Assembly: GCA_938028625.1 (NCBI GenBank)
Contig: CALIZB010000007.1
Span: forward strand, 433-64,432
Direction: 5' to 3'
DNA length: 64,000 bases
From: an uncultured Bacteroidia bacterium
Lineage (GTDB): Bacteria > Bacteroidota > Bacteroidia > JANWVE01
Part shown: positions 55,077-64,000 of the stretch, piece by piece
Layout: the number at the start of each line of letters is the position of its first letter
How positions within the stretch are numbered: position 1 is the stretch's first letter
Made by a program: the position numbers and the translations under genes
The notes under the pieces: model-generated
Told to the model about the DNA's origin: nothing
What the model saw: the letters and a program-made list of their open reading frames with translations, nothing else
The model's database searches: none

Positions 55077-56432
55077 TTGAATATAGAAGACCCATTATCG
55101 TGTTTGCTGAATATTACAATCAATATTGTGGTATTCAGCTTAGAAGACGTTCTGACCATAACAGCCATATTATTTTTACTCTTCTGCTCATCGCTGATAT
55201 CTGGTTCAGAAGTAGCCTTTTTTTCTTTATCCCATACACAGATAGAAGCCTTTAAAGACAGCAAAAGCCGCAAAGAAAACAAAATATACAAACTGCTGCA
55301 CAAACCCAAAGAGCTTATCGCTACGCTTCTGATAATCAATAATTTTATCAACATTATTATTGTTATTCTCATTGCTTTGCTGGCAGAAAAATATCTTGTA
55401 GAGTATTTACATCTTTCTCAATGGCAAGTTTTTGTTGTAGAAACAGTACTCACTACTCTTGTTATTATATTTATCGCAGAAGTAACCCCAAAAGTATATG
55501 CCTCACAGCGGAATGTACAATTTGCCAAAAAAACGGTGTATATGCTGGATTACGGGCAAAAAATATTCAAACCTTTTGTTCACACTATGGTAACAGGTGC
55601 AAACTGGTTTGAAAAAATGAAAAACAAACAGAAACAAAAAGAAATTGATACACAGGAACTAATAGATGCCATTAACCTTACTTCTGACCAAGATACTCCT
55701 GCCGAAGAGAAAAAAATACTCAAAGGAATTGTAAATTTTGGCAATATCGTAGCTCGTCAGATTATGACACCGCGCCTAAACATAGTTGCTCTACCTATAG
55801 ATGCCTCATTTAGCAAGGTTTTACAAAATATCCGTGAAAATCGCTATTCACGCATACCCGTGTACAAAGACAAAGACCGAAGAGAAGATATACAAGGTAT
55901 TTTGTACGTAAAAGATATATTACCTTACATTCATGAAAAAGATGACTTTGAGTGGCAAAAATTATTAAGAGAACCTTATTTTATCCCTGAAACTAAAAAA
56001 ATAGACGAATTATTTTATGAATTCAAGCAAAAACATGTGCATCTAGCTATTGTAGTAGACGAGTACGGTGTAGTAGTAGGTTTAGTAACTATGGAAGATG
56101 TTATAGAAGAAATTGTAGGTGAAATTCATGATGAAGCTGAAGAAGTAAAAAATTTTTATACCAAAGTAAATGATACCACTTACCTTTTTGACGCTAAAAC
56201 AAGTATTACAGACTTTTGTAAAGTCTTAAATATAGAAAATGAAATTTTTGATGAAATCAAAGGAGAAAATGAAACCTTGGGTGGACTACTTCTAGAACAA
56301 CACGGCAGAATGCCTGCCAAAAACTATCAGTTTACTTTTCAGAACTTCAAGTTTATTGTAGACGCTGTAAGCAAACGCAGAATTGTACGGATTAAGGTCA
56401 TTCTTTTGGACAATGCAGTGGCAGAAAATTAA
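55077..56432 (+). CDS. gldE: GldE-like CNNM/HlyC/CorC-family membrane protein (DUF21 + CBS pair + CorC_HlyC)
   Basis: Domain order readable from the translation. The position directly after ssb matches the known ssb-gldE arrangement in Flavobacterium. TTG start, with a TAACTTTG box 7 nt upstream. Confidence 0.65.
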   Translation: MNIEDPLSCLLNITINIVVFSLEDVLTITAILFLLFCSSLISGSEVAFFSLSHTQIEAFKDSKSRKENKIYKLLHKPKELIATLLIINNFINIIIVILIALLAEKYLVEYLHLSQWQVFVVETVLTTLVIIFIAEVTPKVYASQRNVQFAKKTVYMLDYGQKIFKPFVHTMVTGANWFEKMKNKQKQKEIDTQELIDAINLTSDQDTPAEEKKILKGIVNFGNIVARQIMTPRLNIVALPIDASFSKVLQNIRENRYSRIPVYKDKDRREDIQGILYVKDILPYIHEKDDFEWQKLLREPYFIPETKKIDELFYEFKQKHVHLAIVVDEYGVVVGLVTMEDVIEEIVGEIHDEAEEVKNFYTKVNDTTYLFDAKTSITDFCKVLNIENEIFDEIKGENETLGGLLLEQHGRMPAKNYQFTFQNFKFIVDAVSKRRIVRIKVILLDNAVAEN

Positions 56433-56504
56433 ATACAACACAATTTATATTAGGATAACAAAAAATTTGAACCTTTATGTTAAAACTTTGTTTCTCAAAA
56501 GCGT

Positions 56505-58931
56505 ATGACGCGTTTTATTTCTATCATTGTCTTCACCCTGTTCTGTTCATCAGCATTTGCACAAAAGAAAGGTATTCTTATCGGAACAGTAAAAGACAAA
56601 AACACCCAAGAATTCTTACCTGGTGTAAGTATATCCGCAGATAGCACCACAGGCACACTTACAGATGAAAACGGAAACTATCGTTTAGAGCTACCTGTGG
56701 GAAGCTATAACATCACTGCCCGACTTATTGGCTATAAAAGTCAAATAAAATCTGATGTAGTTATTACCTCAGGAAATACACTATCACTTAACTTTGAGTT
56801 AGAAGATGTAGGACAAACTACTAATGAAGTAGTAGTAGAAAGCAATTTTTTTCAACAGCCCGTAGAAAGTCCAAATTCGCTTCGGACAATGAGCTATCAA
56901 GAAATAAAAGCTAATCCAGGTGGTAATTTTGATGTATCCAAAGTAGTGCAATCTTTGCCTGGAGTAGGGGGTTCTATTGGATTTAGAAATGATATTATTG
57001 TACGCGGGGGCGCCCCTAACGAAAATATTTTTTACCTTGATGGTATAGAAATTCCTAATATCAACCATTTTGCTACACAAGGTAGTGGTGGAGGACCTGT
57101 TGGTATTCTCAACGTCAGTTTTATAGAAGATGTATCTATGAGTACCAGTGCTTTTTCAGCAAGATATGATAACGCACTTTCTTCTGTACTTCAATTCAAA
57201 CAAAAAAATGGTAGCACAGAACGCACACAAGGAAATATGAGGTTAAGTGCCACAGAATTTGCAGGAACTATTGAAGGCTATCTTGGTAAAAGTAAAAAAA
57301 CTACATATCTTTTTTCTCTACGGCGTTCTTATTTACAGTTTTTATTCAAAGTAATACAACTGCCCTTCTTACCTGACTATTGGGATAATCAATTCAAAAT
57401 ACACAGACAAATAGATAAAAATAATGAGGTATACGTTATTGGAATTGGTGCATTAGACGATTTTAAGCTAAATATCCCTGATAACGCTACATTAGAACAA
57501 CAACGCATTCTTAATGGTGTACCTGTATTCAAACAGTATTCTTATACGCGGGGTATAGCATGGAAACGATTAGTTAAAAATGGATACATGCAACTTGCTG
57601 TAAGCCGAAATGTGCTTCAAAATTTTGCTGAAAAATATGACGACAATGACAAATCTAATCCCGCAAAAAAACGTTTTGAACTCACTTCGCGCGAAGCTGA
57701 GAACAAAATTCGTTGGGAAATGAACAAATATATAAATAAATGGAAATTCTCTTATGGTGCAATGTCGCAGTATGTTATTTACAGAATGGATACCTATAAT
57801 CGTATTCGTCAGGAAATAAGAGATAACAGCAACAACCTCATTCAACCTGCTATCATCATAGACTATAACACACAAGTCAGTTTTTTCAAATTTGGGGCAT
57901 TTGGACAAGTTTCACGCAGTTTCTTGGGGGAAAGATTACGTACCTCACTCGGATTGCGTACTGATATGAATACTTTTACTGAAACAGGGTTAAATCCTTT
58001 ACAAACCCTCTCGCCACGTTTTGCTGTAGCATATTCCTTTACTGATAAATGGAGTATAAATGCATCAGCAGGAAGATATTACAAAACACCTTTTTACACA
58101 GTATTAGGCTTCAAGGACAATAACGGCAATTATTTGAATAAAGACGTTCGTTATATCCAGTCTGACCATTTAGTTGCAGGCATAGAATACATTCCTGCTA
58201 AAGCTACACGAATTACCATAGAAGGTTTCTATAAAATGTATGATAATTATCCCGTATCTAACAGAGATAGCGTTTCTTTGGCTAATCTTGGTGGAGATTT
58301 TGGAATACTTGGCAACGAAAATGTTACTGATATAGGTAAAGGTAGAAGTTATGGAGTAGAATTTTTATTCCAACAAAAATTTACTAAAAATTTCTATGGT
58401 ATTTTAGCATATACATTATTTTGGAGTGAATTTACAGGATTTGATAGAAATAAATACATTCCTTCCGCATGGGATAATCGCCATTTAGTAGCTTTTACAG
58501 GGGGATATAAATTCAAAAAGAATTGGGAACTTGGTATTAAATATCGTTTATTGGGGGGAACACCTTATACGCCATACGATACGGTAGCTTCAAGGTTAAA
58601 TTATGCTACCACAGGTTCAGGAGTATTAGATTACAAAAAATTCAATACTTTACGATTAGACCCATTCCAGTCGTTAGATGTGCGTTTAGATAAAAAATGG
58701 AACTTTAACAAATGGACATTAGACATTTTCATTGATATTGTCAATCTATTAGATAGTCCTAACTGGGCGCCTTCCAGCTATACTTTTAAGATAGATAATC
58801 AAGGGGCAGATATTTATGATACTACTGACGGAAATGCACTTTTACCTGACGGTTCTAATGCAAAACCTACTTATGTTCGAAATAGAAGTAGCTCTCGTTT
58901 GCCTAGTATAGGTTTTATCATTGAATTTTAA
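56505..58931 (+). CDS. TonB-dependent receptor with CarboxypepD_reg-like N-terminal domain
   Basis: Signal peptide, GTVKDKNTQEFLPGVSI...GNYRLELPVGSYNI, a plug region, and a beta-barrel ending IGFIIEF. Confidence 0.85.
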   Translation: MTRFISIIVFTLFCSSAFAQKKGILIGTVKDKNTQEFLPGVSISADSTTGTLTDENGNYRLELPVGSYNITARLIGYKSQIKSDVVITSGNTLSLNFELEDVGQTTNEVVVESNFFQQPVESPNSLRTMSYQEIKANPGGNFDVSKVVQSLPGVGGSIGFRNDIIVRGGAPNENIFYLDGIEIPNINHFATQGSGGGPVGILNVSFIEDVSMSTSAFSARYDNALSSVLQFKQKNGSTERTQGNMRLSATEFAGTIEGYLGKSKKTTYLFSLRRSYLQFLFKVIQLPFLPDYWDNQFKIHRQIDKNNEVYVIGIGALDDFKLNIPDNATLEQQRILNGVPVFKQYSYTRGIAWKRLVKNGYMQLAVSRNVLQNFAEKYDDNDKSNPAKKRFELTSREAENKIRWEMNKYINKWKFSYGAMSQYVIYRMDTYNRIRQEIRDNSNNLIQPAIIIDYNTQVSFFKFGAFGQVSRSFLGERLRTSLGLRTDMNTFTETGLNPLQTLSPRFAVAYSFTDKWSINASAGRYYKTPFYTVLGFKDNNGNYLNKDVRYIQSDHLVAGIEYIPAKATRITIEGFYKMYDNYPVSNRDSVSLANLGGDFGILGNENVTDIGKGRSYGVEFLFQQKFTKNFYGILAYTLFWSEFTGFDRNKYIPSAWDNRHLVAFTGGYKFKKNWELGIKYRLLGGTPYTPYDTVASRLNYATTGSGVLDYKKFNTLRLDPFQSLDVRLDKKWNFNKWTLDIFIDIVNLLDSPNWAPSSYTFKIDNQGADIYDTTDGNALLPDGSNAKPTYVRNRSSSRLPSIGFIIEF

Positions 58932-58981
58932 TTTGTAGCTTATTTTTTTACAGTAGTTTTTGCATATAAAAAAGAGTTTTC

Positions 58982-58989
58982 TAACTTTG
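58982..58989 (+). promoter_or_regulatory. -7 box TAACTTTG, 7 nt upstream of kbl ATG
   Basis: Exact TAnnTTTG match. Confidence 0.45.
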
Positions 58990-58996
58990 CTTTTCT

Positions 58997-60196
58997 ATGT
59001 ACGAAACTTTAAAGCCTGTTCTTGAAAAAGAGCTTGAAAATATAAAAAATGCAGGATTATATAAAAAAGAACGTGTAATCACTTCCCCACAAGGTGCAGA
59101 TATTACATTAGATACAGGTTCGGAAGTGATTAACTTTTGTGCAAACAATTATCTTGGTCTATCTTCTCACCCTGTTGTGTTAGAAGCCGCTAAAAAAGCC
59201 ATTGATACACATGGTTTTGGTATGAGCAGTGTGCGTTTTATTTGTGGTACGCAGGATATTCACAAGATTTTAGAGAAAAAAATTGCGGATTTTCTTGGTA
59301 CAGAAGATACTATCCTTTACGCTGCCGCTTTTGATGCTAATGGTGGTGTATTTGAGCCTTTGTTCAATGAAGAAGATGCTATTATTTCTGATGCTCTTAA
59401 TCATGCCTCTATCATTGACGGAGTAAGGTTAAGCAAAGCCGAACGCCACAGATACAGCCATGATAACATGCAAGAGTTAGAAGAAATTTTGCAAAAAACA
59501 CAGCATAAACGCCATAGAATTATTGTAACAGATGGAGTTTTTTCTATGGACGGCACTATTGCCCAATTAGATAAAATTTGTGATTTAGCAGATAAATATA
59601 AAGCGCTTGTTATGGTAGATGAATGCCATGCCACAGGCTTTATGGGTAAAACAGGTAGAGGTACAATTGAATACCGTAATGTAATGGGCAGAGTGGATAT
59701 TATCACAGGAACACTCGGAAAAGCACTCGGTGGTGCATCAGGGGGATTTACCACAGGTAGAAAAGAAATTATAGAAATACTCAGACAACGTTCTAGACCT
59801 TATTTGTTCTCTAATACCCTAGCTCCTTCTATTGTAGGCGCAAGCATTGCCGTGTTTGATTTACTTTCTTCTACCACCGAACTACGAGATAAATTAGAAA
59901 AAAATACCAAATACTTCCGCGAAAAAATGACTGCCGCAGGTTTTGATATTAAACCAGGCACACACCCTATTGTTCCGATTATGCTTTATGATGCAAAACT
60001 CAGCCAAATATTTGCTGATAAATTACTTGAGAAAGGTATCTATGTGATAGGTTTTTACTTCCCCGTAGTTCCCCAAGGGCAAGCACGTATACGCGTACAA
60101 ATATCCGCTGCACATGAACAACATCATTTAGACAAAGCTATTCAGGCATTTACAGAAGTAGGTAAAGAACTCGGAGTGCTGAAGCAGGCAAATTAA
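58997..60196 (+). CDS. kbl: Glycine C-acetyltransferase (2-amino-3-ketobutyrate CoA ligase)
   Basis: [34 protein letters not shown] (PLP lysine). 399 aa. Confidence 0.9.
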   Translation: MYETLKPVLEKELENIKNAGLYKKERVITSPQGADITLDTGSEVINFCANNYLGLSSHPVVLEAAKKAIDTHGFGMSSVRFICGTQDIHKILEKKIADFLGTEDTILYAAAFDANGGVFEPLFNEEDAIISDALNHASIIDGVRLSKAERHRYSHDNMQELEEILQKTQHKRHRIIVTDGVFSMDGTIAQLDKICDLADKYKALVMVDECHATGFMGKTGRGTIEYRNVMGRVDIITGTLGKALGGASGGFTTGRKEIIEILRQRSRPYLFSNTLAPSIVGASIAVFDLLSSTTELRDKLEKNTKYFREKMTAAGFDIKPGTHPIVPIMLYDAKLSQIFADKLLEKGIYVIGFYFPVVPQGQARIRVQISAAHEQHHLDKAIQAFTEVGKELGVLKQAN

Positions 60197-60590
60197 ACTT
60201 AAACTAAATGTTTTTAGTGGAAAATATTCCTGAGCGCCCTTGTTCGGGAATAATAAAAATGAAATTTTTCATATACACATTCTATATGCAAAACTCACAT
60301 TAATAGTATTTTCGCAATGAATGAATGTGATGTGTTTCGTACGATTGACTAATAACGTTTTCGGGCTTGGCGAAGGTGGGGGTTTTCACCACAAATATAT
60401 CTGCAGAGCACTGAACCGCCACTTTTGCCAGACCCGTGTTATGCCTTCGTTATTTTTTTCTAAATATGGATGTTCTTTGATTTGATCAACCGTTACCTTA
60501 AATCTATTTAAGTATTGCTCTTGCTTCATAATTGTTTTTAAGCTTAAATGTAATAATACTCTTTGAGGAGTCATTATTCAATGAGCATAA

Positions 60591-60803
60591 CATTTTTATT
60601 GCCGTAATACTACATTACAATACGACGATACTGCTACAATAAAAGATTTTACGCAACTGCTTACTATAAAACGATATTCTTTTAGAAGTATTAAAACCTA
60701 TAAGAATGCGCTGATACAGTTTTTACAGGCATTGTCATGTAAAAATCCCGAGGAAATTACCATAAAAGATATTGAAACCTTTATTAACCAATATACAATC
60801 TGA
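60591..60803 (+). pseudogene. Fragment of a tyrosine recombinase (N-terminal SAM-like/core-binding domain only)
   Basis: Own translation of an open frame without a start: ...TIKDFTQLLTIKRYSFRSIKTYKNALIQFLQALSCKNPEEITIKDIETFINQYTI*. It has the typical integrase N-domain pattern (RYS.RTIK.Y...L..F) but no catalytic domain follows. Confidence 0.55.
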
Positions 60804-60823
60804 CAAATATACCCAAAAACACC

Positions 60824-60831
60824 TATCTTTG
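60824..60831 (+). promoter_or_regulatory. -7 box TATCTTTG, 5 nt upstream of ATG 60837
   Basis: Exact TAnnTTTG match. Confidence 0.45.
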
Positions 60832-60836
60832 TATCT

Positions 60837-62171
60837 ATGAATTTTTCTTTATTAAAGCTCATTATCCGGCGAGAGTATCTCAATAAGGTAAAAAATAAGG
60901 TTTTTATTATCAGTACCATACTTGCACCTCTGGGCTTAGTGGCAATTATTGTGGTTCAGATTGTAGCGGCTATGTATACCAAACCTGAAAACCTTGTTAT
61001 CGGCATTATAGACGAACAGGGAAGTATTGCCAAAAAAATACCTTCTTCCTATCAAAACTTTACTTTTAATATTTTACAGGGTTCTGTTATACAAAATTTG
61101 CCTGCTATACAAGGTAAAGATGCTAAACTCAATGGAATTATCCATATTCCCAAAACTTTTACCGAAGAAGGCGGAGAACTCACGTATTACGGAAAAAACA
61201 CGCTTAGTGTAGGCAATCATTCCAAGTTGAAAAACCTGTTTGTACGGACCTTAAAGAATGAACAGCTTGTCAAAGGCGGTATCCGTCCTTCACAGTTGGA
61301 CAGCATTAAAGCCATAGTAACCATATCCAATGTGGAAGTAAGCGACAGTGGCAGTGCTCGGCAAACCAACAGCGTAATCAGTATGTTTATTGGTTTTGGG
61401 GCAAGCATGCTCCTGTATATGTTTTTGTTTGTATACGGAGCTATTGTGTTGCGTATCGTGCTGGAAGAAAAAACCAGCCGCGTGGTAGAAGTCCTGCTGA
61501 CTTGTGTAAAACCCATACAACTCCTGATGAGCAAAATTATTGCGGTTCTTCTGGTAGGGCTTACCCAAATCGGGATATGGTTTGCCCTGGCAATAGTATT
61601 TGGCAATATATTCTCTCCCTTGCTGATGAAAAATACTGTTCCCAAAACTCCACAGATAGAGCAACAAACAATGAACAATCCTGTTCAAACGCAAAATATG
61701 GTCAGTAACGCTCCGCAAAAGTCCAATGTATTGCAGGCACTTTTTGCTACTTCTCCGATGATTCTTGTATATTTTGTACTGTATTTTATAGGTGGATACT
61801 TATTTTATGGTTCTTTGTTTGCCGCAATTGGTTCTGCGGTAGACAGTGAAACCGATACACAGCATTTGCAATTACCGATAACCTTGCCAATTATTATTCC
61901 TATTTTATTTACAGGACATATTTTAGAAAATCCGAACAGTAGCATTTCAAAGTTTTTATCTTATTTTCCAATGACCTCACCAATGACTATGCTTACACGT
62001 TTTACTTCAGGCAGGGTAGAATGGTGGGAAATATTCCTTTCTCTTGTATTGCTGTATTTATTTGTACTCGGTGCATTATGGATTGCCGCTAAAATATATA
62101 GAGTAGGAATTTTAATGTACGGCAAAAAACCTACTTACAAAGAGCTCTGGAAATGGTTAAGAATGTCATGA
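60837..62171 (+). CDS. ABC-2 type transporter permease (NatB-like)
   Basis: N-terminal TM, large extracytoplasmic loop, then five or six C-terminal TM helices. LLKLIIRREYLNKVKNKVFIISTILAPL is a typical start for this family. No ATPase gene is adjacent. Confidence 0.7.
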   Translation: MNFSLLKLIIRREYLNKVKNKVFIISTILAPLGLVAIIVVQIVAAMYTKPENLVIGIIDEQGSIAKKIPSSYQNFTFNILQGSVIQNLPAIQGKDAKLNGIIHIPKTFTEEGGELTYYGKNTLSVGNHSKLKNLFVRTLKNEQLVKGGIRPSQLDSIKAIVTISNVEVSDSGSARQTNSVISMFIGFGASMLLYMFLFVYGAIVLRIVLEEKTSRVVEVLLTCVKPIQLLMSKIIAVLLVGLTQIGIWFALAIVFGNIFSPLLMKNTVPKTPQIEQQTMNNPVQTQNMVSNAPQKSNVLQALFATSPMILVYFVLYFIGGYLFYGSLFAAIGSAVDSETDTQHLQLPITLPIIIPILFTGHILENPNSSISKFLSYFPMTSPMTMLTRFTSGRVEWWEIFLSLVLLYLFVLGALWIAAKIYRVGILMYGKKPTYKELWKWLRMS

Positions 62172-62266
62172 GAATTTAAGAATTATTATTTTGGTCAGTG
62201 AGTAGCGAAGCACGGTTACTACTGAGCTTGCCGAAATGATTTTATTTTGATTTTTGATTATTTATT

Positions 62267-63048
62267 GGATGATGATTTCAAATGTATGATAGTTTATTTT
62301 GATTTGCCCAAATTAATATTTTACTTTAAAGTGATACCAATGATAAAGAAGTTTTTTTGAAAAAGTAGTATAACGTCTAAACAATCTGCAAATTCTTCTT
62401 AACCAAAAGTTTCTACCTTATATACCTTTAGTATATTTCTTACCTATTAAATGCTTGAAATAAGGCAATAAATCGGCAAAATCTTTCCAATCATCAGTAA
62501 CAAAGAAATCTATTTCTATGCCCTCTAAGCGTTTAAGTAAGTTTTTGACCCTGTTTTTATTACGTTTACCCATTGTAACAGCAAGTATCTCTTTGCTACT
62601 ACTACAATAAGCATACAAAATCCATACTTTGCGTTCTTTTTTGCCTACAAAAGACCAAAGCTCATCTATTTGAACTTGTTTATTTATAATACTTCTTTCT
62701 AGACTGGACTTGGACTTGTTTTTCCCATTTTAGAATCAATCGTAAAACGGCATTAATGCTGACTAATAGCACATTACAAATATCTTTTACACCACTACCA
62801 CGTAAAAGCATACGCTTCATTAACTCTTTTATCTCAGGATTACAAGCATTGTAGAGATACTCGTGCTGAAATTGTTTATTGCAAGACTTACATTTGTAGT
62901 TCTGTTGTGAGTTATTTTTTTCCCATTTTTCACTATCTTTGCACTATGGCAATGAGGGCAATTTAGTTTTTGGATTACTTTAGACATAATCACAAAATTA
63001 AACTCTACTTGCCTTTTTACAAGCTATCATACAGTTAGAGTCACCACC
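62267..63048 (-). mobile_element. Decayed IS1-family insertion sequence (782 bp) with imperfect terminal inverted repeats
   Basis: Ends GGATGATGATTTCAAATGTATGATAG (62267..) and GGTGGTGACTCTAACTGTATGATAG (reverse complement of ..63048). The latter closely resembles the E. coli IS1 end GGTAATGACTCCAACTTATTGAT, from memory. Flanked by ATTTATT on both sides. Confidence 0.75.
62313..62987 (-). pseudogene. IS1-type InsA/InsB transposase, disrupted
   Basis: MSKVIQKLNCPHCHSAKIVKNG (zinc finger) is followed by a frame change at the 7-T run 62915..62921. Then ...NYKCKSCNKQFQHEY...GVKDICNVLLVSINAVLRLILKWE, and a second frame change near 62719..62723. Then ...QIDELWSFVGKK...FFVTDDWKDF...KKYTKGI with an in-frame TAA at 62418..62420 where Glu is expected. 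Confidence 0.7.
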
Positions 63049-63063
63049 ATTTATTGTTGCAAA

Positions 63064-64000
63064 ATGAAAAGTAAAACCCTGTTTTCCTATCCGTTTTTTT
63101 GGAGTATTAGCTTTGTTCTGTTATGGAGCATATTGTACTTTATTTTTGGAGAAAAAATCAGTGTAAATAGCGGTTGCGGTTATGATGGTCAGTTATATTG
63201 CGTCATAACCCAAAATTTTGATACCTTTATTCTGAACAAATCTTTTTCTGCCTATTATGCAAACAGAATTTTGCCTTGTGGAATAGTCCATTTTTTACTC
63301 AAAATACTAGGTTTTTCGCTTACTGTACAAAATATTATCACAGGGTTTTATGTGCTCAATACAGTATCATGGCTCATTGCATTTATATTTTGGCATAAAA
63401 TACTGAACTATTACCATATTTCAAAAAGTATTCAGTGGTTAATGAACATACTCATACTGCTAAACTTTTACTTTCTCAAACTCATATTTTATTACCCTGT
63501 ACTTACGGACAGTATGGCAGTTTTATTTGGAACTATGCTGTTATGGTTTTATATTCAGGATAAAGTGCCTTATTTAGTTTTAACAGGTTTTCTTGGGGCA
63601 TTTGTGTACCCTTTGTTTGCTGTATATGCGTGTGTACTGATTGTGTTTTCCACTCATTTTAAGTTAAAATTACCTGAAAAACAAAGTAAAACCCTTACAG
63701 ATTATGGCATTACTGCACTTTTGGTGATGCTTTTTGTAGTATTCCGAATGTATGTAGCTTATCGTATAAGCTATGTACAAAGTATAGGTTTTCAACTCAA
63801 TACATTGCTGTATATAGCTCTATATGGTTATATTTTCCATAATATTTTACCTTGTTATACGGTTGTAAAAATAAACAAACCATATTTTATATCATATTTT
63901 ATTCAAAAAAGCACTGTCAGGAGAATAGCTGTTGCAATACTTTTACTTTTAACTGTTACAGCGATAAAACTATATATTTCACAGCAATCTGTAATGTCAA
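63064..64000 (+). CDS. Polytopic integral membrane protein, N-terminal 312 codons (runs off right edge)
   Basis: Own translation: MKSKTLFSYPFFWSISFVLLWSILYFIFGE... with at least 8 hydrophobic helices. Not in ORF track (no stop in window). Function not recognised; could be a glycan-polymerase or glycosyltransferase-type membrane protein. Confidence 0.5.
   Translation, partial: MKSKTLFSYPFFWSISFVLLWSILYFIFGEKISVNSGCGYDGQLYCVITQNFDTFILNKSFSAYYANRILPCGIVHFLLKILGFSLTVQNIITGFYVLNTVSWLIAFIFWHKILNYYHISKSIQWLMNILILLNFYFLKLIFYYPVLTDSMAVLFGTMLLWFYIQDKVPYLVLTGFLGAFVYPLFAVYACVLIVFSTHFKLKLPEKQSKTLTDYGITALLVMLFVVFRMYVAYRISYVQSIGFQLNTLLYIALYGYIFHNILPCYTVVKINKPYFISYFIQKSTVRRIAVAILLLLTVTAIKLYISQQSVMS

Noticed and set aside
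60386-60574. 62-aa minus-strand ORF, considered as a possible truncated RelE/ParE-type toxin remnant
   Set aside because: There is only a vague pattern resemblance (..RF....I.EHPYL), no antitoxin partner, and it sits in a decayed region. The evidence is insufficient to call.

Overview
64-kb chromosomal segment of an AT-rich (roughly one-third GC by eye) Bacteroidota genome. It looks like a gliding Cytophagia/Flavobacteriia-type organism: T9SS type A and type B C-terminal sorting domains, gldE next to ssb, TAnnTTTG -7 promoter boxes and no Shine-Dalgarno signals. I call about 58 protein genes, one tRNA-Asn, one decayed IS1-family element, one tyrosine-recombinase fragment and two families of noncoding repeats. 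Most of the window is core housekeeping: valS, aspS, ssb, rpsP-rimM, hppA, hemH, transketolase N-subunit, kbl and ald, plus redox and envelope genes. There are two small rearranged or accessory patches. At 30.2-32.1 kb, direct repeats bracket a lone methyltransferase and abut a gene relic upstream of an exported TPR-CHAT protease. At 60.2-63.05 kb there is an integrase fragment, an orphan ABC-2 permease and a dead IS1. I found no CRISPR array, prophage, rRNA or recognisable multi-gene defence operon, and I cannot honestly name a new system. The least explained signals are the two repeat families, which keep their hairpins through compensatory changes, and a pervasive leaderless promoter-start architecture. 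Several unusual proteins also stand out: an NfnB-NfnA-like fusion, a histidine kinase with a 14-residue Asn/Gln-ladder coiled coil, a STAS protein with an acidic repeat tail, and an orphan YehP-like vWA protein. All calls come from reading the sequence and ORF translations; no database search was run.
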